This document shows, one piece after another, positions 18,069-25,799 of a stretch of DNA of 64,000 nt. The translations under genes and the position numbers were made by a program. Source of the stretch: an uncultured Chloroflexia bacterium. Lineage in GTDB: Bacteria; Chloroflexota; Anaerolineae; Anaerolineales; UBA4823. Within the stretch, counting starts at the first letter, position 1. Each line of letters opens with the position of its first letter. The DNA lies in NCBI GenBank assembly GCA_963774935.1, contig CAVZGO010000007.1, positions 407,861 to 471,860 of the forward strand, written 5' to 3'. The notes beneath the pieces were generated by a model. The model saw nothing but the letters and a program-made list of their open reading frames with translations. It did no database searches and was not told the DNA's origin.

Positions 18069-18442
18069 TGCACCAAAATCAATTTCTTTGGATTTATATC
18101 TTTTTTTAATAACAATTGTTTTGTGAAGATAATATTTTCAGATGTGTTGGTAGATTTATTTTCTATCAATATAGACTCTTCAGGGACACCAGAGTGAATT
18201 GCTACTTTGGCAAATTTATCTGCTTCTGGCTCAGACAATTTATTACGGGTTATTCGACCAAACCCGACTAAGAAGGCTATAATCGGTGCCTATTTGTCAA
18301 TAAATAGCTCTGTTCCATACTGAGCGGTTCTTATATCACTGTTTCCTAACACTAGTATACAATCTGATAGCTGAAGAGGCTGGCTTAGTTTTAAGTAATT
18401 CCATAACTTCTTTGCTAAATTATCAACAAAGTGATTATTCAT
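18008..18442 (-). pseudogene. DUF218 (YdcF/SanA/ElyC-like) gene remnant with an in-frame TAG and a truncated, decayed 3' end
   Basis: The reverse strand from the ATG at 18442 reads MNNHFVDNLAKKLWNYLKLSQPLQLSDCILVLGNSDIRTAQYGTELFIDK*APIIAFLVGFGRITRNKLSEPEADKFAKVAIHSGVPEESILIENKSTNTSENIIFTKQLL... The SEAE...GVP...E..S.NT.EN motif is the DUF218 pattern. The stop is at 18290-18292, and AT-rich coding ends at the IS end near 18068. Confidence 0.65.
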
Positions 18443-18454
18443 ATAACGAATCCT

Positions 18455-20497
18455 CTATTCTTGATTAGGGATTGACTCTAACAAAGCTCTGGTATACGCT
18501 GCTGCTGCGATTGATGCGTACTTTTGCCAATTATCTCCCTTGTTTTTATCACAATAATCACATATTCCTCGAATAACCAGATATCCTACTTGATGATTCC
18601 AAGTGGCATCAGCTATACCTGAACCTTCCATTTCCACTGCTTTAACATTAAATTGATTTCTTAATTCATCTCTTTTAAGAGGGTTTTTAAGAAGTTTGTT
18701 TGCCGATGCAATTGAACCAATAAAAATTCTTGGTTCCCCTTCAACTCGATCTAGATCGTATGGATGAGTAATAACTAGATTATTATTTATTGAGTTTACG
18801 AGAATGTCACTCTCACCTGAAGGGCGAGTAACTCCAAGTTGCTTTGTAGCATAATCGATATAATTTATCCAAGGTCGCTTGCCTTCTAACTCGGCGGCTT
18901 TTAACAATCGAACTCCTTCCAGCAAGAATGCGCTAGGAGGTCTAGGGGGATAACGAAATATTGTCTCGGTTATTGTTTCTTTGTCGAAGTCATATTGAAT
19001 AACACCTCTCTGATCAGATACAACAATGTCCCCCAAACGTACATGTTCAGAAGGTTTTTCGGGATAGGGGATGCCGCCTGCAATTCCGACCATTATTATC
19101 GAGTTTACAGAAGGGAAGTGCTCGAGAAGCATTGTGGCTCTACTAGCTGCTATGTTGTTTCCCATATCCGCAAGAGCTAAAATTACTTGATGAACTGAAC
19201 CCTCTTTCGAAGGAATTCCTCCTTGAAGATACCTTCTCCCTGCACCACGTCCCGGTACTTCTCTGTTTACTGGGCCATCAATAAGGACTTTAACTGCTAT
19301 ATATTCCTCTGGAAGAGCTGTTATTATTCCGACTGTGGGAATCAAGAGTGATTTATTAAAATTTCTTGATTCAGAGGGTGATCCATAAATATTAAGTTTT
19401 TTACTTGAGGCTGATTCTGCCATTTCAATAAATAATCCAATTCTTCCGTCTACAACTGCTTGCTTAATTAGCAATCTAATATAATCAGGATTTGAAGGTA
19501 CTATTGATTTATATTCAAATCCAAACCTGGATGCTAATTGTTCTAAAGTGTATACATCGAGCCTACTAGCAATTTGTTTCGCTTTATTTAATAATTCTCC
19601 TTCGGATGTATTAGATATATCTGTTCTAGACGCAAGTTCACCATCGGCGTGTTTATTAATTACATTGTATAAGGAAGAAAGTTGATGTGTAAATCCATAC
19701 TCTTGTGCAAGTGTTTCCGCCTTTGACGCAGCTTCCAAGCCGCCCGTAACTTCATCAGACGATAGTAGTAGATCCGCTAAGAGAATGTTAGTCTGTGTTA
19801 TTCGAAATTTATCTGTCTGAGGAATCACTTTTAAAGTGTCTGACACCAGGTTTTGAGCAATGTCGGTTTTCCCTTTTGTAAATTCAACAATAGCAAGTTT
19901 CTGTAAACTATATCCATAATCACCAGGCGTGACTCGACTTTCTAGTAATGAAAGACTTTCTCTTATTTTTTGCTCAGCTGAGGTGAAGTTCTCTAATTTC
20001 GTCAAGACAGTGCCAATTCTCAATAAAACTCTCCCTCTCAATATTTTGAGATCACCAATACTGTCTATTATTGTTAGAGCATCGTTATAATTTCTGAATG
20101 CCTGATCATAATTTTTTCTCATTTCGAAACACGCACCCAAATACCAACTTAAAATGGCCAATTTGTCTTTTTCGCCAAGCTGATTCCAAATAAATTGTGC
20201 TTTCTTATAAAGGGAATATGCCCCACCGGTTCCAGATATAATGCCCTGGTCTCGTCGGATACTTCCTAATTCAGTTAGGGCGCGGGCTTGTAACCTTAAA
20301 GCAGATGTGTGCTGTGTAAGTCCTTGTAACCCGATAATAATGTCCTGAAAAATATCTACTGCTCTTTCAAATTCAAACCGACTAGATAGCTGTTTAGCAG
20401 ACTCGAATGCGAATTCAAGATCCTGTACTCGAGAATTAAATACATTTTCTTGCTTAGCAACTTTATATAATTCTGTTAGCAAAGAGGATGGATCCAC
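18455..20497 (-). CDS. 680-aa TPR-repeat protein with a C-terminal nucleoside phosphorylase/nucleosidase-fold (PNP_UDP_1/MTAN-like) domain
   Basis: The N-terminal ~290 aa are helical-repeat/TPR-like (e.g. AYSLYKKAQFIWNQLGEKDKLAILSWYLGACFEMRKNYDQAFRNYNDAL). The C-terminal ~300 aa read VGIITALPEEYIAV...MGNNIAASRATMLL...IIMVGIAGGIP...LGDIVVSD...VEMEGSGIADA...VIRGICDYCD, the phosphorylase-superfamily pattern. Confidence 0.8.
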   Translation of the reverse strand: MDPSSLLTELYKVAKQENVFNSRVQDLEFAFESAKQLSSRFEFERAVDIFQDIIIGLQGLTQHTSALRLQARALTELGSIRRDQGIISGTGGAYSLYKKAQFIWNQLGEKDKLAILSWYLGACFEMRKNYDQAFRNYNDALTIIDSIGDLKILRGRVLLRIGTVLTKLENFTSAEQKIRESLSLLESRVTPGDYGYSLQKLAIVEFTKGKTDIAQNLVSDTLKVIPQTDKFRITQTNILLADLLLSSDEVTGGLEAASKAETLAQEYGFTHQLSSLYNVINKHADGELASRTDISNTSEGELLNKAKQIASRLDVYTLEQLASRFGFEYKSIVPSNPDYIRLLIKQAVVDGRIGLFIEMAESASSKKLNIYGSPSESRNFNKSLLIPTVGIITALPEEYIAVKVLIDGPVNREVPGRGAGRRYLQGGIPSKEGSVHQVILALADMGNNIAASRATMLLEHFPSVNSIIMVGIAGGIPYPEKPSEHVRLGDIVVSDQRGVIQYDFDKETITETIFRYPPRPPSAFLLEGVRLLKAAELEGKRPWINYIDYATKQLGVTRPSGESDILVNSINNNLVITHPYDLDRVEGEPRIFIGSIASANKLLKNPLKRDELRNQFNVKAVEMEGSGIADATWNHQVGYLVIRGICDYCDKNKGDNWQKYASIAAAAYTRALLESIPNQE

Positions 20498-20503
20498 AAC
20501 GTC

Positions 20504-21037
20504 TCATCCTTTAGTGTTAAGCGTATTCTGAATATTAGTGATAGCTTCATCCAATAATGCAGTTAGTTGTTGAGTTTCATCACGAAGCACACGTTTGAGA
20601 ATATTAACTTTTTTATCTAACAAACCAAAATCAGAAGCTGGGTTAAAAAACATATTCCATAAAGATTGAGCAATTTGATTTACGAAACCAATTTGCTCAT
20701 AAACGGTAATTAATCGTTTATGTAATAAATAATCGGATAAGCCGAACTGTACTCCTTCTTGTGCAGCTTGCCATGCGTCATCTGATATTAACGGATAGCG
20801 AATATCGTCTTCTGTTGACTCAATTGCGAGGAATTTTTCAATTTCGTTTTTATTCTTTTGCAACTCATCAAGTATGGTCCTTAATACCGTATTAGCACGT
20901 TCCTCTTGTTCCCTAAGCTTTATACGTCGGTCAAGCCAGAGACCGGTCGGTATGGCTAGGATTGCACCTATTAAAGCACCTACCATATTAGATAGGACAT
21001 TAATCCAAAATTCATTACCCAAATTAAGGAACCCCAT
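20504..21037 (-). CDS. 177-aa protein with one N-terminal TM helix and a long helical/coiled-coil domain; unknown function
   Basis: The TM helix is VLSNMVGALIGAILAIPTGLWL, followed by charged helical sequence (DRRIKLREQEERANTVLRTILDELQKNKNEIEKFL...). The gene sits 6 nt upstream of the TPR-PNP gene. Confidence 0.6.
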   Translation of the reverse strand: MGFLNLGNEFWINVLSNMVGALIGAILAIPTGLWLDRRIKLREQEERANTVLRTILDELQKNKNEIEKFLAIESTEDDIRYPLISDDAWQAAQEGVQFGLSDYLLHKRLITVYEQIGFVNQIAQSLWNMFFNPASDFGLLDKKVNILKRVLRDETQQLTALLDEAITNIQNTLNTKG

Positions 21038-21065
21038 ATTAGTACGATGATAGATAAAAATAGTT

Positions 21066-22399
21066 TTATACCCGTTGAATTACAGCACCAACTCCATTAA
21101 GCCTCTCATCAAAGGATTCATAACCGCGTTCTATTTGCTCAATATTTAACACCTCTGTTATATCCGAAGCTACAAGTCCCGCAATTACTAGAGCTGCCCC
21201 AGCCCGCACATCACTCGCACTAACAACGGTACCATTTAGTTTTGTTGGCCCATAAATTTTAACGGCATGGAATAATCCGGCAGTACTTTCATAAGGAAAA
21301 TTGTATATTTTAGGATCTACATCAGGATTGAAATACTCTATTTTGGCTTCCATTTTTTTTAATTCATCCAAATGAGTAAATCTTTGTGAAAATATTGTCT
21401 CGTGAAAAACACTCACACCATGCATTTGTGTCATTAAAACCTCTAACATTGGTACCCAATCCGTCGAAAATCCCGGATATGGACGACTAGTAACAGATAA
21501 CCCCGTTAATTTAAAATCGGAGCATTGAACCTCTAGAATTTGTGATTCGCCCTCATGACCTAGTTCAAATCTGACTCCTTTCTGGCTTAATATTGCCAAG
21601 AGGGGAAGTAGATGTTCTTCATTGACACCTTTGAGTGTTATTGGACCATGACCCAATGCCCCAGCAATTACAAATGTGGCAGCATCGTTTCTGTCGGGCA
21701 TGATTGTAATGTCAACATTAACAGGACTATATTCACCGGATACCCCCTGCACCTCAACAATCCCATTTTCGCCTCGCTTCACATTTGCACCCGCTTGTTG
21801 CATAAACAATATAAAATTATCAATTTCAGGTTCTAAAGCGGAATTTTGAATTATGGTCGTACCCTTTGCACATATTGAAGCAAGTATTGCATTTACTGTC
21901 CCATTTACTGTGGTTTTGGTGAATGTAATGATGCCCCCAGTTAATCCTTTTGATGTTATTTCGTAATACTCATCCTTTTCTATAACGGTTGCCCCTAGTC
22001 GTCTAAAAGCATCTAAGTGCCATGTCACTTTTCTCCTACCGATCTGATCGCCGCCAGGATGCCAAATTCTAGCACTACCAAACCTGCTCAATAATGCCCC
22101 CGCAAAAAGAAAAGAACCGGTAGATTTTGCTGTGACTTCAGGGGGAATTTCTTGAGGTTCAATATTAGTGGTGTCGATTAATAAAGTGTGTTCATCTAGT
22201 GAATTAATCTTTGCGCCTAAAAATGAAAGTATTTCAACCAATGCAGCCGAATCGTTTATTTTTGGAACATTTCTAAGTAAATACTCACCAGGAAACACAA
22301 TAGTCGCTGGAATAATTTTTTGTGCGGCATTCTTAGCGCCTTGAATTTTGACCTCCCTTTTAGAATAGGGCTATGATGGATTACAAACTTTGTAGTCAT
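21066..22399 (-). CDS. MurA-type enolpyruvyl transferase (EPSP-synthase fold) with Asp at the catalytic-Cys position; N-terminus split by an apparent 1-nt deletion at the C-run 22355-22357
   Basis: ATG 22399 (SD aaggaagga) gives MTTKFVIHHSPILKG. Adding one G continues this as EVKIQGAKNAAQKIIPATIVFPGEYLLRNVPKINDS... Other motifs are PGGDQIGRRKVTWHLDAF (E. coli MurA has PGGCAIGARPVDLH), GFSTDW and DVRAGAALVIAGL. Confidence 0.8.
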
Positions 22400-22416
22400 G
22401 GTGTATCCTTCCTTTT

Positions 22417-22956
22417 TCAATTAAATAGCCCGAGTTGTCTCACCCATAAAAGCAAAGTGATGCTAGGTAAGTGCGAAATTTCACCCTTCTCAATCATATC
22501 AAAAGCAGTTGCAATATTAAATTTGCCGATTTGTATTTTTTCTGTTGGATCAGGCTTTGGGTTACCTATAGAAAAATCTTTAACGACATAAAACCATATT
22601 TTACTTAGTAGTGTGTCTGTTCCCCAATCTGCAGATCCAATCGATATCCATGAAGTACTTGTAAAGCCAGTTTCTTCTAATAATTCTCTCTTAGCCGCAT
22701 CGATTGGTAATTCATCTTGGTCTATTCCCCCTCCAATAACTTCCCATGTTTCTTTTGCAATTGCGTAACGATATTGTTTTACTAACATTATGTTTCCACT
22801 GTGAGTTATAGGCAATATCATTACGCCTGGTTTCATTTCTAATACTAAATGGGAGGTTGTGTTTCCGTTATGCTCACACAACTTATCCTCACGAAGAGTT
22901 AACCAGGGCGATTTATAAATATTAGAACTTGATAATATTTTTGTATTGCTCACCAT
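22417..22956 (-). CDS. Nudix hydrolase, ADP-ribose pyrophosphatase (NudF)-like
   Basis: The Nudix box is GGGIDQDELPIDAAKRELLEETGF, preceded by LVKQYRYAIAKETWEV, the NudF-type pattern. Confidence 0.8.
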   Translation of the reverse strand: MVSNTKILSSSNIYKSPWLTLREDKLCEHNGNTTSHLVLEMKPGVMILPITHSGNIMLVKQYRYAIAKETWEVIGGGIDQDELPIDAAKRELLEETGFTSTSWISIGSADWGTDTLLSKIWFYVVKDFSIGNPKPDPTEKIQIGKFNIATAFDMIEKGEISHLPSITLLLWVRQLGLFN

Positions 22957-22979
22957 AATATCCCTTTGAATATTCTTTT

Positions 22980-23645
22980 CTAGATTGATTCGCCTAAAAC
23001 ACCCTTTACCACAACAAATGCCTCATAATACCTATTCTTTACATGATTGTCCGGATGTGCTTGGATAGCCCACCATTTTGCGCGGGTTGATACTACCTCC
23101 GGGTGCATGTATGATTTTCCTTTTTCAGAAAAATGTAGATTAATAGCCTGCCTCTTTATTTCAATAAAATTCGTGATATCTACAAAAATATTTGGGGCAA
23201 AATCCCCATTTTGGGTTGGTGGTTCTGAATATAGAATCCAAAATATATTGGAGTTGCGTCTTCCTGCATTTAAAACCGAAGAAGCAACAACAACATGATC
23301 TTGATGACCGTATCCCAATACTTGGGGATAATGTGTTATCAGAATAGAAGCAGAAGTCAGGGCAATATAATTTTCAACTATCGACACAATTTCATGGTTA
23401 TATAATAGCTCTCCATCAGGGAGATTCTCATTGTAAATTTGAAAGCCCCCAAGCTTAGCAGCTGCTTGGGACTCAATATGACGCTGACGAGATGATGTTG
23501 TTCTACTTTTTTCTCCATTTGTTAATTCTAGAACGGTTACTTTCCATCCAGCGTGACTAAGGCGTACAAGCGTACCAAAACATGTTAATTCATCATCATC
23601 GGGATGAGCAAAAACTGCTAACACATTAGGAGTATTATTTATCAT
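22980..23645 (-). CDS. PIG-L/LmbE-family N-acetylglucosaminyl deacetylase
   Basis: VLAVFAHPDDDELTCFGTL, the AHPDDE motif, is followed by ...HQDHVVV... (second metal-binding His/Asp motif). Confidence 0.8.
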   Translation of the reverse strand: MINNTPNVLAVFAHPDDDELTCFGTLVRLSHAGWKVTVLELTNGEKSRTTSSRQRHIESQAAAKLGGFQIYNENLPDGELLYNHEIVSIVENYIALTSASILITHYPQVLGYGHQDHVVVASSVLNAGRRNSNIFWILYSEPPTQNGDFAPNIFVDITNFIEIKRQAINLHFSEKGKSYMHPEVVSTRAKWWAIQAHPDNHVKNRYYEAFVVVKGVLGESI

Positions 23646-23651
23646 AGAAAA

Positions 23652-24635
23652 TCACCTATTGAATTTCACACCTGGTTTTATGCCATATTTTTTTGAAAAT
23701 GATACACTATCCATTTCTTCATCATCACCAAGTTGGAGTCGTTTTATTATTATAGATTTTGTAAGACAAGCAACCAATAACCCATTATCATTAATGTCAA
23801 TAATACTCCCTGGTTCATAATTTGTTACTTGCTCACCCATGGCGGCTTTCCAAATTATTACTTTTTCCCCGTTCCAAAATGTAAACGCACCAGGATATGG
23901 ATGGGTAAGTGCTCTTATCCAATTGTATTGATCTAAACTCTCCCGATACCAATCAATTACTCCATCTTCTGGCCTTCTTTTTTCCCAATATGTAACCTTT
24001 GTTGGATCTTGTGGAATACGAGGGGCAGTTCTATTTGCTAACAATGGTAGACTATCTTTGACTAACTGGTAATGGAGGATTGCTATTTTTTTATAAATAC
24101 TCGATGCATCATCATTGATCTCAATCATGTATTCATTCTGGGCTATCATGTCCCCTGCATCTGCCTCCTCTTCTAGATAAAACATAGTCACACCGCTTTT
24201 AGTAAAACCCTTGATAATTGTCCAGGGGATAGGTGCTCTACCCCTTCCTATCGGTAGTAAGGTGGGATGAATTCCTATGCAGCCATGAGTGTTATCATGG
24301 CGTTTAGAACTATTGTATTTGTTCTTTGGAATGTCTAGTAACTCACTAGGTGCCAATTCGGACCAGCCGATAATAAAGATAAAATCTGGTGATAGTTTCT
24401 TTATTTGATTGTATACGTCTATTGTCTTAATACTTGAAATCTTGAATAAGGGTGCTTTAGCTTGATTAGCTAAAGAATCGAAAGATGTGTATCCCGATGT
24501 TTTTTCGGCTTTTTCCTCTGATAAGCTAAAAACTGCAATTAATTTAGCCTCTTGACTCTTAAACACGTCTAAATCTATAAGTCCATTTAATGCGAATTGA
24601 CCTAACTCAACACCGCTTATGAATACAATATTCAT
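23652..24635 (-). CDS. Formyltransferase of the Fmt/ArnA type (N- and C-terminal formyltransferase domains)
   Basis: HGCIGIHPTLLPIGRGRAPIPWTIIKG aligns with the Fmt segment [20 protein letters not shown]. ...EEADAGDMI... holds the catalytic Asp region. The C-terminal part IDWYRESLDQYNWIRALTHPYPGAFTF is Fmt_C-like. Confidence 0.8.
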   Translation of the reverse strand: MNIVFISGVELGQFALNGLIDLDVFKSQEAKLIAVFSLSEEKAEKTSGYTSFDSLANQAKAPLFKISSIKTIDVYNQIKKLSPDFIFIIGWSELAPSELLDIPKNKYNSSKRHDNTHGCIGIHPTLLPIGRGRAPIPWTIIKGFTKSGVTMFYLEEEADAGDMIAQNEYMIEINDDASSIYKKIAILHYQLVKDSLPLLANRTAPRIPQDPTKVTYWEKRRPEDGVIDWYRESLDQYNWIRALTHPYPGAFTFWNGEKVIIWKAAMGEQVTNYEPGSIIDINDNGLLVACLTKSIIIKRLQLGDDEEMDSVSFSKKYGIKPGVKFNR

Positions 24636-25062
24636 CTTGGCTTCCCCTCTCGAAATATGAAATATGTGAGAGATTTTCTACTATTGTACAACCAATTACA
24701 TAACCAGATGTGCCTTTTGATAACTCTTGTAATCAAAACAGACACTCAGAATAAAACTCGGTTCTCATACCGATCCTGAAAACCCACTTAAGATTAAAAA
24801 AGGGGAAATGATAAGGATCATGGTCGTATTTAACTAGCCCGTATAACCTTGTAGTGAATATAAATTTTCTTCTTTATTGCGATCATCGAAATATATGACC
24901 TATGACCCGCTAACGATACCTTCCGCAAATTTTTCTGATTATATCGTAACTATCATCTTCGGTGGTCTAATTTGGGTAACAGCTATGTCTGGTGACTAAA
25001 AATATATTGTCAAATAATAGCGAGGGCATTGCCAAAGTGACTAAATGGATCATCCGGTTAGT

Positions 25063-25750
25063 TCAGGATACATTTGGACATAATCCGACACCGCAGCTAC
25101 GCACAAGTTTGTGACGACGGCGGCGGCCCCGGAAAAAGGGATGACGATGTTGGTACCAGTATTGGGTAGCTTCTCGAACAGCCTGACATACTTCTTCCCA
25201 GGTCTCAAAGCGTTTGCCTTTCAATGCCAGCGAACGCAGAATTTTCCACCACGGCTCGATCAGGTTGAGGTAAGCCGCATATTTGGGTTGAAAAACGAAC
25301 TGCCACCGGGGATGGTGCAAACTGAACAACAACACATCGGTCGCTCGGTGCGCCGGCAAGTTGTCCAAAATGGCATTGATCTGCAAATCGGCTGGCAGCT
25401 ATTGGTCTACTTTCTCCAGAAAATCCACAAAGTTCTTCGCCGAACGGCTCACATACGGTTCGGTAAAAACTTCTGCATCGCTTGGTTTGAGGGCTCCAAA
25501 GGTGTAACCTTTTCCACGTCGACCATAATCAATCTCTTGTTTGGCTCTTTTCTGTCAACCAGAAAATAAGAAAGGGTCTTCTGTCAAAGCCAGTTCGCCA
25601 ACGCTGGCTTTTCGTGCAACGGCTCGAAATCCACGTTGGTGAGATCAATATCATCACGCAGGTGCTGGAACAAATGCAAAAACCGGGGCATAGCGCACGG
25701 GGAAACCGGAGTAAGCCGCACAGCTTAACCGGAGCATGGCTCACACACAA
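25063..25750 (-). pseudogene. IS630-family (DDE_3, Tc1/mariner-like) transposase remnant with an in-frame stop and frameshifts
   Basis: The reverse strand reads ...DYGRRGKGYTFGALKPSDAEVFTEPYVSRSAKNFVDFLEKVDQ*LPADLQINAILDNLPAHRATDV...FQPKYAAYLNLIEPWWKILRS, the DDE_3 core. The upstream part is only recognisable in other frames (PFLIFWLTE). Confidence 0.7.
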
Positions 25751-25799
25751 ACCAGGATAAGGCGCTCACTTTTTTCAAAATCGGGGGATGTCAGTAAGC

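Larger units (their letters stand above)
18069..25062. other. Strongly AT-rich horizontally acquired segment
   Basis: Composition drops abruptly. My hand counts are 16/60 G+C in 19381-19440 versus 34/60 in 31021-31080. Codon usage is A/T-ending throughout, and the segment is bounded by IS remnants on both sides. Confidence 0.8.

Noticed and set aside
22344-22346. ATT (or the track's GTG 22298) as the start codon of the MurA-like gene
   Set aside because: An ATG at 22399 with a good SD encodes the expected MurA N-terminus (MTTKFVIHHSPILKG) in the adjacent frame. A 1-nt homopolymer error explains the data better than a rare start codon and a truncated fold.
22373-22591. 72-aa plus-strand ORF in the AT-rich operon
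   Set aside because: It overlaps the Nudix C-terminus and the true MurA-like N-terminus on the opposite strand, and it has no SD or motif.
24636-25062. Search for a small gene or structured RNA in the 430-nt leader upstream of the AT-rich operon
   Set aside because: I found only short ORFs of up to ~41 codons without an SD, and no convincing stem-loops or repeats by eye. I also could not place a confident -35/-10 pair, so I report the region only as non-coding leader.
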